NCBI GenBank assembly: GCA_019057865.1
Contig: JAHLWP010000005.1
Location: 64,001-128,000, forward strand
Direction of reading: 5' to 3'
Source of the DNA: Promethearchaeota archaeon
GTDB taxonomy: Archaea > Asgardarchaeota > Lokiarchaeia > Sigyniarchaeales > SOKP01
DNA: 64,000 bases
Below the pieces are notes generated by a model that did no database searches, had not been told where the DNA came from, and was given only the letters and a program-made list of their open reading frames with translations. How positions within the stretch are numbered: the stretch's first letter is position 1; each line of letters opens with the position of its first letter. Below, piece after piece: positions 7,991-18,162 of this stretch. The position numbers and the translations under genes are program-made.

Positions 7991-9706
7991 TTATTTTTTA
8001 GCAAAAGGCTCGAGATCTAAAGCTTCAAATATTCCATCATTAGCTTCAAGCGTTCCTAAGAAATGCCATTCACCTTCTTCGACATTCTCACCCTTAGCAT
8101 ATGTCTCTGCCATATTGTAAAGTCTTTTAAAATTTTCATAATGTAATGCTACTCTATTTTCTGCATAGTCTCTTGCACTCCAAGTTGTTATGAGAAATTG
8201 CCAATCACTACTTTCTAATAATAGGAGTTCCCTTGCCATTTGCTTTAAAATTTTGATTAGATGGGGATCATTTGAATTTTTAAATTTAGAAATGATTTCT
8301 TCGCTCTTAGCTTCGCATTCGTATATTCTCTCCCATGTCCAGGTTGTCCACTCATTAAACCATACCCAGTGAGAAGAAGCCTGCCCCCATGACCCTTCAA
8401 TAATCTGGACAACTTTATTCGGAGGATTTGCTTCAAGATATAATCTTGTATTTGTTAGATTTATTTCGGGATCATCCTCTACCCATCTGAGAACTCTAGC
8501 TAACCACCAGTTTCCCTCAAACCACCAGTGTCCAAATAATTCTGCATCATAAGGAGCTACAATAATTCCGTTTCTCCCAAATTTACCTTTAAAAGTACGT
8601 AAAATATCTTTAATAAGATTTATATAATGGCTTGCATTTTCGTCTAGTTTACCAGGTACATCATCTGGCCAATATAACATCTTTCTTCCTAAATCTAATT
8701 TAGCTTCTGTTACTTTCCAATAGCGTAAACCCCCAGGGTAATGCTTCTTATGAAAATCAAGGTATTCTGCACAACCAGGATATCCATGTTCTCCACTCCA
8801 TACCACTATACCGGTTTTTTCATCTCTCGTAAAAAATCCAACAGGAGCAGGTGTAGATGGATCAGTAGATACTAAATATGGTTCATATTGTGATTTTTCA
8901 AATGAAGTTGGAATTTCTTCATACTGGGAAGAGAATTGCTTCCATAGTTCAGCAAGTAACGGAAATCGAGCAGCATAAACTCCTTGTGATTTTCCACCTA
9001 AAAGTAATGCTGTATCTATAAAAAAATACTTTAATCCATTTTTAGCAAGAAAATATTCTACACCAGGTCTTTCATATTCTTCTTCTGTTATAGGATTTTT
9101 CCACCGATAACCCGGGCGATAACCACACTCAGGTAACCAAGCACCTGTGGGGGCTCTTCCAAAAAGCCTTTTATAACTATCAACAGCAGTTTTATATTGA
9201 GCATCAATGGAAGTATCCTTTGAGAGGAGAGGTGCATATCCGTGAGTAGCTCCGCAGGTAATTATATCTAAAAGTCCCATATCTTGCAGATTTTTAAACG
9301 CACCTATAATATCCTTATTGTATCTATGAATAAAATTCTCCCTAACACGCTCATAAAACTCTTGCCACCATTTAGATAACTTTATTCTTCCTTCTTTATA
9401 TTTATTTTCTGTAAAATCTTCATAATCATGTAATGCTGCATTATATTTTTCATCTAAATAACCTAAAAATCCATCAATAAAAGATGGATGACTTAACATC
9501 TCACATAGCACCGGTGTAAGACCAACAGTTAATTTTGGGTGATATCCATCATCAATCAATTTGTATAATTCCATTAAAAGGGGAATATATGTTTCGGCGG
9601 CTGCCTCGTTTACCCAATCTGTACCATGGGGCCACACACCATGTCCTAAAACCCAAGGTAAATGTGCATGAAGCACAAGACTGAAAGAACCTAATGATTT
9701 AGTCAT
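7991..9706 (-). CDS. GH57 1,4-alpha-glucan branching enzyme (DUF1957-type)
   Basis: HAHLP, ETYIP, THGYAP, WLPEC (nucleophile), YDAELFGHWWFEG (acid/base), SSDWQF. Confidence 0.93.
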   Translation of the reverse strand: MTKSLGSFSLVLHAHLPWVLGHGVWPHGTDWVNEAAAETYIPLLMELYKLIDDGYHPKLTVGLTPVLCEMLSHPSFIDGFLGYLDEKYNAALHDYEDFTENKYKEGRIKLSKWWQEFYERVRENFIHRYNKDIIGAFKNLQDMGLLDIITCGATHGYAPLLSKDTSIDAQYKTAVDSYKRLFGRAPTGAWLPECGYRPGYRWKNPITEEEYERPGVEYFLAKNGLKYFFIDTALLLGGKSQGVYAARFPLLAELWKQFSSQYEEIPTSFEKSQYEPYLVSTDPSTPAPVGFFTRDEKTGIVVWSGEHGYPGCAEYLDFHKKHYPGGLRYWKVTEAKLDLGRKMLYWPDDVPGKLDENASHYINLIKDILRTFKGKFGRNGIIVAPYDAELFGHWWFEGNWWLARVLRWVEDDPEINLTNTRLYLEANPPNKVVQIIEGSWGQASSHWVWFNEWTTWTWERIYECEAKSEEIISKFKNSNDPHLIKILKQMARELLLLESSDWQFLITTWSARDYAENRVALHYENFKRLYNMAETYAKGENVEEGEWHFLGTLEANDGIFEALDLEPFAKK

Positions 9707-9869
9707 GTTTATTTAATTTTTAAATTATAATTATAAATTATTTAATTTTGCATCTCTTATATACTAATCATCATTCTAATATTCTTGAAAACACAAAAAA
9801 TATATATAGTAGATTTAGTATCATATACATACTCTCTATTTAACACATATTAAGAAATTCAAAAATTAT

Positions 9870-11261
9870 TTGATCAAAATGGTTAAAAATCTCAAGGACA
9901 TGATCAAAAGCGGTAGAATTGTTGGTAGAGCTAATTATGTCTTTACGCCGGAGATATCAAGTTCTATTGGCTCTATACATGGTAGCTTATTTGATCAAAA
10001 TGAATCAATTGTAATTGGGAGAGATTATCATAATGATAGTAGAATGTTAAAAAGAGCATATACTTCAGGAATTATGTCTACCGGTATTAATCTTTTAAAC
10101 TTATCGGATTGCACATTTCCTATGCTACAATTTACTATACGCCGTTTTGGTGCAAGTGGAGGAGTTTACGTTTCTGGGGGACATCTATATAGTGAAGATG
10201 TTGGGATTAGATTTGTAAATGCAGGTGGAATTGAATTAGCGCAAACAGAAATTCAAAAAATAGTTAAATCTTATAATAACTATCCAGAGAAGGTAAGAAG
10301 AGTTGAACCAAACGAAATTGGTCAAATTACAGCAATTCCGCAAACTGATGATATTTATATTAAGTCTCTGCAGCAATTTGTTAATAAGAAAAGGATAAAA
10401 AAAGCGGATTTAAGGATTGTTGTTGATTGTTCTTATGGACCTACTGGAAAAATTACTCCACTTTTACTTAATGATATAGGAGTAGAAGTTATAGCTCTAA
10501 ATACACATTATCGTGAGAGAACACAAAATCCAGTACCGAATATCAACACAATAAGAAATACGGCAAATATAGTCAAAGCATCAAACAGTCATTTAGGTAT
10601 CTGTTTTGATGTGGATGGGTCAAGAATTTTAGTAATTGATGAAAATGGTTTAGAAGTTAATTTTGAAGATTTATTAATGCTTTTTGTCTCATACGATGAA
10701 AGGATACAAAAGTCAAAAGCAAATACAATTATTACAACACCTTCCATTTCACCTATAGTAAAAAGATTTATTGAAGATAATGGTTTTCCTGTAAAGCAAG
10801 TTGAAAACCTTCCAGGAGAGATCTCTAGGCATATTAGAGAAGAACGTGCGTGTTTTGCTGCATCTGATACTTTAAAGTTTTATCTCCCAGAGTACTCTCC
10901 ATTTTCGGATGGTAATTTCATTCTTCTTAAGATTCTTGAAATAATGACTAATCAGAATGATTTACTTGGCTCTCTATCAAGAGGATTTCCCAAAGGTATA
11001 AAAATTAATAAATCAATTTCAATTTCACCTAGCTTGCTTGATAACTTTCACAATCAATTAATAAAATTAACAGAAGAACATGGTTTCAAATACCTTGATA
11101 TAATTAATGAATTAAAAATTATTGATAATGAAGTTTTTACTACAATAAAAGTTGCACTTAATAGAAGCGCTATATTATTATCCGCAGAATCTTGCGTCGA
11201 GGATACTAATGCGGCAAAAAATATGATTCAAACCTTGGAAGAGATAATAAAGAATATGTAG
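9870..11261 (+). CDS. Phosphomannomutase/phosphoglucomutase-like protein with degenerate active site
   Basis: Alpha-D-phosphohexomutase fold motifs GRD-x4-SRMLK and VVDCSYG are present. TASHN is replaced by VSGGHL and DxDxDR by DVDGSR. Confidence 0.8.
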   Translation: MIKMVKNLKDMIKSGRIVGRANYVFTPEISSSIGSIHGSLFDQNESIVIGRDYHNDSRMLKRAYTSGIMSTGINLLNLSDCTFPMLQFTIRRFGASGGVYVSGGHLYSEDVGIRFVNAGGIELAQTEIQKIVKSYNNYPEKVRRVEPNEIGQITAIPQTDDIYIKSLQQFVNKKRIKKADLRIVVDCSYGPTGKITPLLLNDIGVEVIALNTHYRERTQNPVPNINTIRNTANIVKASNSHLGICFDVDGSRILVIDENGLEVNFEDLLMLFVSYDERIQKSKANTIITTPSISPIVKRFIEDNGFPVKQVENLPGEISRHIREERACFAASDTLKFYLPEYSPFSDGNFILLKILEIMTNQNDLLGSLSRGFPKGIKINKSISISPSLLDNFHNQLIKLTEEHGFKYLDIINELKIIDNEVFTTIKVALNRSAILLSAESCVEDTNAAKNMIQTLEEIIKNM

Positions 11262-11384
11262 GTTTAAAAATTTTTATGACTATTCTTGTGTGTATCTTTT
11301 CTAAATGATTTAAAAATTTAAAAAACATACAAATAATTATATAATAATAATATTTTAAAAATAAAATTATAGGATGATATAACC

Positions 11385-12056
11385 TTGGCAGTTGACGTAT
11401 ATCAAATAATAATATTAGCAACATTATTCATTATTTATGGGATCTTTTTAATGTTTGATTTATTTGGAAGAAACGAAAATTATGGCTATTTAGCATATGT
11501 TGTAGCAGTTATCCCAATTAATTATCTCTGGTCTATGGGCCCAGATTATGTAATAGCGGCATATTTTATTCTCTTCATCTTATGGGATATTACATTATTA
11601 CGCGATACATTTGGGCTTTATTTTAAAAAGAATAAAGAAATTAATGAGATATTTTTATACTTGGTTCTTGGTATTCTAATACAAATAATCATTTCAGCGA
11701 TTTTACCTGAAGGAGATTCTGCTTTACAAGTTAATACTGAACAATTATGGTTTTTTTGGTTGCCTAATATTCATTCAGCAGTTTTTGAGGGAGAATCGCT
11801 CATTTTAGGCTTTAAGCTTGCAGCGAGTTTAATGGTATTACTTATAGTTGTACCATTAATTCTAGATATTAAAGATGAGGAAATCCCACTTCCTATGTTT
11901 ATTATCATCATCGCAATTTTTATCCTTCCTTTTCTCTATATTAGTTATATTTGGCTTCCTGGTCCTGAAACATTAGGGGTTTTAACATTCTTATTTTCAG
12001 TGATTCTATTTATAATCTTACTTCTAATAACTCGGAGTGGAAAAGAGACAAAATGA
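11385..12056 (+). CDS. Multi-pass membrane protein of unknown function
   Basis: 223 aa with about 7 hydrophobic segments. TTG start. Confidence 0.75.
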   Translation: MAVDVYQIIILATLFIIYGIFLMFDLFGRNENYGYLAYVVAVIPINYLWSMGPDYVIAAYFILFILWDITLLRDTFGLYFKKNKEINEIFLYLVLGILIQIIISAILPEGDSALQVNTEQLWFFWLPNIHSAVFEGESLILGFKLAASLMVLLIVVPLILDIKDEEIPLPMFIIIIAIFILPFLYISYIWLPGPETLGVLTFLFSVILFIILLLITRSGKETK

Positions 12057-12114
12057 GCAGAGATTGTAGCAAAATAACCAAAGGTTATAACACGGAGTGG
12101 TAAAGAAGTTAAAT
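12027..12114 (+). repeat. Imperfect direct repeat of the gene 3' end (60-bp period)
   Basis: ATAACTCGGAGTGGAAAAGAG at 12027 and ATAACACGGAGTGGTAAAGAA at 12087. Both encode ITRSGKE. Confidence 0.6.
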
Positions 12115-12233
12115 ACAAAAATTAATATTTTTTATTCTTCTATTAATTTTTTATTATTATTTTTATATTTGTATAACAATAGGATATCAAATTTAGAGAA
12201 AATCTAAATTAAAATCAATAAAAAGAGAATATT

Positions 12234-13232
12234 ATGGCAAAAAAAGTAACCCAATCTGATGAAGATAGCGACGAAAAAGATAAAAACTCAAAAACTTCAT
12301 ACAGTCTCAAAGATCTTCCTGGTGTTGGAGACGCAACAATAAAGAAATTAAAAGATGCGGGAATTGTGTCTATTAGAACTCTGGCAATGTATCCACTACG
12401 AAAATTAATGGATGAAGCAGGGATAGGGGAAAAGACAGCTGAAAAAATAATTAAAGTAGCTCAAGATATCGAAAAAATGGGTTTTAAATCTGCAGATTTA
12501 ATTTGGGAAAAAAGAAGAACATTAAAGAAATTAACTACGGGAAGCCCGAATTTAGATGAATTATTAATTGGAGGTATTGAACCAGGTGCTGTTACAGAAC
12601 TTTTCGGTGAATACAGAACTGGGAAAACCCAATTAGCACATCAACTTTGTGTTAATGTACAATTTTCTTATGAACAGGGGGGTCTTGAAGGAGCGGCTTT
12701 ATATATAGATTCTGAAGGAACCTTTAGACCGGAAAGAATAATCCAGATGGCGTTAGCTAAAGATTTAGATCATAATAAAATTTTAAAAAACATCATTATC
12801 GGACGAGCTTATAATAGCGATCATCAAATTCTGCTTGTGAAAGAAGCTCCGAAAATAATTTCAGAAAAAAAAATAAAAATAATTGTAGTAGATTCATTAA
12901 TATCGCATTTTCGAAGTGAATATATTGGAAGGGGGACTCTATCAGAACGTCAACAAATTTTAAATACTCATATTCATGATTTATTAAGATTGACTGAAAT
13001 CTATGATGAATTAGCTGTTGTTTTTACTAATCAGGTTTCAGCTAGGCCTGATGTGTTTTATGGTAATCCTTTAACACACACAGGTGGGCATATTGTTGCT
13101 CATGGGGCAACTATAAGAATATTTTTAAGAAAAGGAAAAGGAGAACAGAGAATAGCTAAGGTTGTTGATGCTCCTCATATACCTGAACAAGATGCTGTAT
13201 TTTCTATAACTGAAAATGGAATTTCAGATTAA
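12234..13232 (+). CDS. radA: DNA repair and recombination protein RadA
   Basis: N-terminal HhH domain (DLPGVG), polymerisation motif GFKSA, Walker A GEYRTGKTQ, YIDSEGTFRPER, FRSEYIGRGTLSERQQ, GGHIVAH. Confidence 0.96.
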   Translation: MAKKVTQSDEDSDEKDKNSKTSYSLKDLPGVGDATIKKLKDAGIVSIRTLAMYPLRKLMDEAGIGEKTAEKIIKVAQDIEKMGFKSADLIWEKRRTLKKLTTGSPNLDELLIGGIEPGAVTELFGEYRTGKTQLAHQLCVNVQFSYEQGGLEGAALYIDSEGTFRPERIIQMALAKDLDHNKILKNIIIGRAYNSDHQILLVKEAPKIISEKKIKIIVVDSLISHFRSEYIGRGTLSERQQILNTHIHDLLRLTEIYDELAVVFTNQVSARPDVFYGNPLTHTGGHIVAHGATIRIFLRKGKGEQRIAKVVDAPHIPEQDAVFSITENGISD

Positions 13233-13273
13233 AATATCATCTCTCTTTAAAAGAAAATTATAAATAAAAAACA

Positions 13274-13711
13274 CTAATAATTAAGATTTACTTCCACATC
13301 AATTCCTTCTCTCACAGCTTGGGTAACAGTACAATATTGCTCAAACATTTTTCTACATTGATCTGCTCTTTTTCTGGTTTCTGGATCGTCAATTTTTACA
13401 TCAATATTGACATCAATTTTTTTAACCCTCCAAAATCCCTTTTGATTTCGAGCAATAGTTACTTCAGCTTCAGCTTTTAAATCATCTATAGTCAAATTTC
13501 TTTTCTTCAAACAAAAGATAAAACTAGCACTTAGACACCCCAATATAGCCATTCCTAACATTCTAGAGGGATTAGGACCTAACATATCCACCTCATCTTT
13601 ATGAGCTTCATCAATATAGCAATCTTTAACTTTCATTTCTCCAAGATCGCATTTAAATATCATTTCTTCTTCTAAAGTCAATCCTACTTTAGTTTTCAAT
13701 CCTTCTGTCAT
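13274..13711 (-). CDS. OsmC/Ohr family protein
   Basis: GPNPSRMLGMAILGCL ... YCTVTQ with the two conserved Cys. Confidence 0.9.
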   Translation of the reverse strand: MTEGLKTKVGLTLEEEMIFKCDLGEMKVKDCYIDEAHKDEVDMLGPNPSRMLGMAILGCLSASFIFCLKKRNLTIDDLKAEAEVTIARNQKGFWRVKKIDVNIDVKIDDPETRKRADQCRKMFEQYCTVTQAVREGIDVEVNLNY

Positions 13712-13758
13712 TAAAGTTCACTTTTCATGTTTAAAAAGGTTGTATAACTCTTCTCTTT

Positions 13759-14361
13759 TTATTTCAATATTTCTTGTGATTCATTTTTTTTTAAGTTAAA
13801 GTGGCGATATAAATGGAATAATATAAATGGAAAATAGATTAATATGAGTAAGATATATGGAAATGCTAATAATGTTATAGATAAAATCATTAGAATAAAA
13901 ATTAGAACCTCTATTACCATACAAATTTTATTGTTATAATATTTTTCATCAAAAAAAGAAGCAGGATTTTTATATTTACTCAAATATTCAGATATGTTCT
14001 CAAATTCTTCTTTTGAAATTAAAAATTTGGGACCAATCTGTTTTTTTTGAAAATAAAAAAAATTTGTACCCCAATCAAGGGTATCAAGTAATACATGAAT
14101 TGAATAACCGTAACCACTTATATATAAAGCTGGCCAATCTATTATATGCCCTAAAATTATAATAATTAAACTTGGAATTATGGAATGTGTGATTAACATT
14201 CGATGATTTTCATTTTTAGCATATTTGGAAAGAAAAACATCAAAATCACTAATAAATGCAAAAAAGACTATCATAGAGAATTCAAATAAATTAAAGTTAA
14301 AATAATAATTAAGAATGGATGCTAAGATTACTCCTATTCCAAAATGAGTATTAATATGGAT
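13759..14361 (-). CDS. YdjM-like membrane-bound metal-dependent hydrolase (likely ATC start at 14361; ORF track starts at 14274)
   Basis: Motifs NTH (in the upstream extension HINTHFGIGVILA), SDFD, HRMLITHS and HVLLD. GGTGA lies 6 nt before the ATC. Confidence 0.75.
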   Translation of the reverse strand: MHINTHFGIGVILASILNYYFNFNLFEFSMIVFFAFISDFDVFLSKYAKNENHRMLITHSIIPSLIIIILGHIIDWPALYISGYGYSIHVLLDTLDWGTNFFYFQKKQIGPKFLISKEEFENISEYLSKYKNPASFFDEKYYNNKICMVIEVLIFILMILSITLLAFPYILLILIYFPFILFHLYRHFNLKKNESQEILK

Positions 14362-14378
14362 TAGAATTCACCATAATT

Positions 14379-15362
14379 TTATATAATATATCTTCTTTTG
14401 TGTATTCTTTTTAAAACTTTTTCTTTTCTTTTAAAACCAGAAGGTCCTTTCTTTTCTACTAAAAAGGAAGCAGCAGCAGAAGCTAAATGAGCAGAATTCT
14501 CAATTGCGTTCCATAATTTATCGGAATGTATAAATTCATATAAAAATATCGAAAAATAGACGTCTCCAGCTCCTGTTTCATCAATAATTTTTCTAGCTTT
14601 AAAAGCCGGAATTTTCAAGGTTTTCTCTCCTTTTTTAATAAGCATTGACCCTCTCTCGCCCAGGGTCATAATGAAGATTGCATTATTATCGAATTTAAGA
14701 AAATGATTCATAACTTTATATAAATCTTCATTCTCACCTGCTAATAATTTCATTTCTTCTTCTGAACCTTTAAGGATCAATTTATCTCCAATTAAATTTA
14801 TTATTTCATCCATGTTTGAAATTATCTGTTCATCATATATATAAGCAACTTTACCATCTTCTCTAATTTTTCTAAGAAAACCCTGAAGATCTACACCTAA
14901 ATATATATTAGGAAATTGTTTCAATATTTGTGAAACATAATCAATTGAAATTTCATTACATAAGGGTACTAGAACAATAATTTCAGGCGGGTTGTCAAGA
15001 TACTCTACTGGAATATCATTAAATTTTAAATTAGGACTCCGAGATTTGAGAGTTAAGGTTCTAGAATGGTTATAATAGTCTAATACAAATTGAGTATTGT
15101 TTACCTCTGAGTATTTTATTCCTTTTAAATTAATATTTTTATGATTAATTCCATCTAGCAAAGAATAATCAAAATTTAATTTCCCTAAATGTGAAATTAT
15201 ACTAATATTAATATCTTGAGAATAAGTACTCAAGGCTAAAGAACAATATGATACACTTCCTCCCAAGCTTGGCTTATTTCTTCGTTTAAATCTTATAATT
15301 GTATCAATAGCAAAGTGTCCTGCGAAAATAATGGAGGAGGATTTTTTATTTTGAAAAGTCAT
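14379..15362 (-). CDS. PfkB/ribokinase-family carbohydrate kinase
   Basis: GHFAID, LGGSVSY, TLGERGS and the DETGAGD signature. Confidence 0.9.
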   Translation of the reverse strand: MTFQNKKSSSIIFAGHFAIDTIIRFKRRNKPSLGGSVSYCSLALSTYSQDINISIISHLGKLNFDYSLLDGINHKNINLKGIKYSEVNNTQFVLDYYNHSRTLTLKSRSPNLKFNDIPVEYLDNPPEIIVLVPLCNEISIDYVSQILKQFPNIYLGVDLQGFLRKIREDGKVAYIYDEQIISNMDEIINLIGDKLILKGSEEEMKLLAGENEDLYKVMNHFLKFDNNAIFIMTLGERGSMLIKKGEKTLKIPAFKARKIIDETGAGDVYFSIFLYEFIHSDKLWNAIENSAHLASAAASFLVEKKGPSGFKRKEKVLKRIHKRRYII

Positions 15363-16511
15363 TTATGATGATTTTAATTCTTCAATAATTTTATTCTTTT
15401 CTTCTATTGTTAACTTTAACTTATTTATTCTATTCTGCAAATCTTCAATTAAATCAGCCATTGGACCGCTAGGGATGGTTTTCTGAGCAGGTTTTAACGT
15501 TTGTAATTTTGCTATTAAAGTATCCTTCTCTTTTATTTGTTTTTGAAGATCTTTTACTTTATTTTCAATATTATTAACTAAAGTTGCTGGTTTAGTTTCT
15601 TCCGATTTTAATTTTAAAGAGTTTTGCAATTTCGAAATTTCATTTCTAAGATCTTCATTTTCTTTCTTGAGCTCTTTTATCTCATTAGGTTCTAATTGGA
15701 AACCACCTTTCTCTAAAGTCTGCTTTAATTCTGATTTTTCTTCGGTTAATTGTTTAATTATTCCTTTAGCTCGATTTAAATCAGATTGTAAATCTTGGCA
15801 AAGCAGCTCAAGAGTGGTTGATGGAGATTGAGTTGATTGTGGCGCTATTTCTGGTTCTTTAGATATTTCAACAGGAACGACATAATCTATTGGTAGACTT
15901 TTTAATTTTTCAATTAATTGTTCATTTAGAGATTCATTTTCTTCCATTAATTCATTAATTTTTATATCTTTAGCTTTGACTGATTCTTCATATTCTGTAA
16001 TAAATAATTTCTTTTTTGATAATTCTGACTGTAAATCTTCAATTAAAGCGTTAGTTACTGTTGATTCTGAATCCGATTCAATACTAGGCTTAGGTTTTGG
16101 TTGCCTTGGTGTTGAATAACTTTCTATTCTTAATTCAGCAATCTCTCTCTCTTTTTCATTTAATTCTTCGTCTTTTTCTAGAATTATTCTTTCTAAGGTT
16201 TTTACTTTTTCCTTTAGTTTGATGCTTTCTTGTTTGATAATTTCAGTCGCAGCTCCACTTCCAATCTGTCTTGGTTTTAGTTGTTCTTTTAATCTCTCAT
16301 TTTCTTCAATAGTTTCTTTAATAACTTTTTCAGTTCTACTAAGTAAATCAATGTTTTGCTTGATTTTATTTCTTAAATCTTCGTTTTCTTTTTCTACATC
16401 TTTAATTCTCTCTAAGGTATCTCCTATTACACTAGGTTTTTTCATTTCATTTTCCATCTTTTGCTTCCACAAGCCGATAAAGTCTTCTACTTTTTCATTA
16501 TCTTCTGGCAT
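15363..16511 (-). CDS. Long coiled-coil protein with three repeated L[IC][EQ]DLQ motifs
   Basis: E/K-rich heptads. ALIEDLQSELSK, LLCQDLQSDLNR and DLIEDLQNRINK each follow a P/S/T-rich linker. Confidence 0.75.
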   Translation of the reverse strand: MPEDNEKVEDFIGLWKQKMENEMKKPSVIGDTLERIKDVEKENEDLRNKIKQNIDLLSRTEKVIKETIEENERLKEQLKPRQIGSGAATEIIKQESIKLKEKVKTLERIILEKDEELNEKEREIAELRIESYSTPRQPKPKPSIESDSESTVTNALIEDLQSELSKKKLFITEYEESVKAKDIKINELMEENESLNEQLIEKLKSLPIDYVVPVEISKEPEIAPQSTQSPSTTLELLCQDLQSDLNRAKGIIKQLTEEKSELKQTLEKGGFQLEPNEIKELKKENEDLRNEISKLQNSLKLKSEETKPATLVNNIENKVKDLQKQIKEKDTLIAKLQTLKPAQKTIPSGPMADLIEDLQNRINKLKLTIEEKNKIIEELKSS

Positions 16512-16550
16512 TTTTCAATTATTTTACTTTAAATTATATAATTTATTTCT

Positions 16551-17438
16551 TTATTTTATAATAATTCCAGAGAAATATCCAACACAATAGCCAAGATTCT
16601 CTGTTATATCATACGAAGTATAATATTGTAAAAATTTTCCTGTTTTTGCATCTAAATTTTTATAAGTTAACATTAATGTAGTTATTGTGTGTTTACCACA
16701 TACACTTCTATAAGCAGCTTCAAAAGCTTTTTTGGGATTTATCTCTACAAATGCATCTATTAAATTTTGGTCTCTTTTCTTGAATTTTTCTACATCATTC
16801 GAGCTATTAACTTCCTCATGAGACATATCTGAGGATGCTATAATAACGATATCTTTATTAAAAGATTTTATCGATTTAGCAATATCATTTGAAATTTTTT
16901 CCAAGACTTCATAATTATCTCTGAATTTACTAGAAATTTTTATGGGGACTATTTGTACATCCTTATCATTAGCGCAATATTTAATGAATGGTAATTGAAT
17001 TTCAATATTATGCTCTCTTCCAAAGGGGTATCCTATAAATGCTGAATTATCTAAAATAATTGTTTCACTATTATCTAAAATTTTTTGGGCTAATTCTGAA
17101 TCTATTTTTAAATTTCCTAGAGGAGTTTCCCATTCACCTTCTTTCATTAAAGCTATTTTATCATACCCGATATGATCATTGCCCAATATTATAATTGTAT
17201 CAGGGATTTTTTCTTTGAATAAATTTAGATATGAAAATGCCGCACATCTTCCAGAATATGCATGACCGGCATGAGGCGAGACTGCTCCCATTATGGTTCT
17301 TGTTTCTTGACCTAAAGATTTTGGTTCTGTTCCAGGTCCAAATTTTTTATCTATAAAATATTTACTTAAATCCTTGATTAAATCTGATTTAGATCGAGGA
17401 TACCAACTTCCTGCGTGTATTGCGCGTCTAATTTCCAT
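16551..17438 (-). CDS. MEMO1 family protein (AmmeMemoRadiSam protein B)
   Basis: HAGSWYP, PHAGHAYSG, WETPLG, EHNIEIQLPF, ASSDMSH, SVCG. Confidence 0.93.
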   Translation of the reverse strand: MEIRRAIHAGSWYPRSKSDLIKDLSKYFIDKKFGPGTEPKSLGQETRTIMGAVSPHAGHAYSGRCAAFSYLNLFKEKIPDTIIILGNDHIGYDKIALMKEGEWETPLGNLKIDSELAQKILDNSETIILDNSAFIGYPFGREHNIEIQLPFIKYCANDKDVQIVPIKISSKFRDNYEVLEKISNDIAKSIKSFNKDIVIIASSDMSHEEVNSSNDVEKFKKRDQNLIDAFVEINPKKAFEAAYRSVCGKHTITTLMLTYKNLDAKTGKFLQYYTSYDITENLGYCVGYFSGIIIK

Positions 17439-17559
17439 TTTTAATCACAATTTTTTTGATTATTACCTATGAAATAGTTAATACTGAAATTTATATAACT
17501 TCACCTAATCATTAGAAATTTGAAAGATTTAATAAATTATTTTTAATAACTCTAGACTG

Positions 17560-18162
17560 ATGAATGAAGAAAGGGAAGCTCAAATTTCGCTTGATGACAT
17601 TAAAGAAGAAGATATCCCTAAAAAAATTCCTACAAAATTTTTAAATTCAAGAGTCATTGTTTTCAATCCTTTATTTGCTTCTTATCTTTATGTAAAAAAA
17701 AATTTCTTTGGAAGTCCTTTAGGAATAAATAAACCACGCTTAGAATATTTCTCTAAGCCTTCAGAATTGTCTTTAATTGAGGCTTACTATTTGTTGAATA
17801 AGGGTGAAATCACTATTTATAATGTTAAAGAAGATAAAGATTTAAGCCCAAATGAATTTCATGAAATTGCTAAAGAGATTCATCATAAATTTGAAGAAAA
17901 ATTTATAATATACAAAGATCTAAGAGAAAAAGGCTATATTCCTAGACCAGGACTTAAATTTGGAGCAGATTTTGTTGTGTATAAGAAAGGCCCAGGATTA
18001 GAACATTCACCTTTTATTGTTCATGTACTACCACATAATTCTAAAATTACTGCCATAGATATGGTGAGAGCTGGACGGCTGGCAACCTCTGTGAGGAAAA
18101 AGTTTGTTATCGCAAATCCGTTGACAAAATCATATTATTTCTTTGAGTGGTTCAAACCTTGA
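17560..18162 (+). CDS. endA: tRNA-intron lyase (splicing endonuclease)
   Basis: LSLIEAYYL, YKDLREKGY, GLKFGADFVVY..GP..EHS and RLATSVRK, giving the catalytic Tyr/His/Lys. Confidence 0.93.
   Translation: MNEEREAQISLDDIKEEDIPKKIPTKFLNSRVIVFNPLFASYLYVKKNFFGSPLGINKPRLEYFSKPSELSLIEAYYLLNKGEITIYNVKEDKDLSPNEFHEIAKEIHHKFEEKFIIYKDLREKGYIPRPGLKFGADFVVYKKGPGLEHSPFIVHVLPHNSKITAIDMVRAGRLATSVRKKFVIANPLTKSYYFFEWFKP

Noticed and set aside
12054-12125. Selenocysteine or stop read-through joining the two ITRSGKE copies
   Set aside because: A second in-frame stop (TAA) lies between them and there is no Cys/redox context.
12234-13232. Intein in RadA (a common host)
   Set aside because: The Walker A motif GEYRTGKTQ is uninterrupted and the length is normal.
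15363-16511. SMC/Rad50 annotation for the coiled-coil protein
   Set aside because: No Walker A/B, signature motif, hinge or zinc hook.
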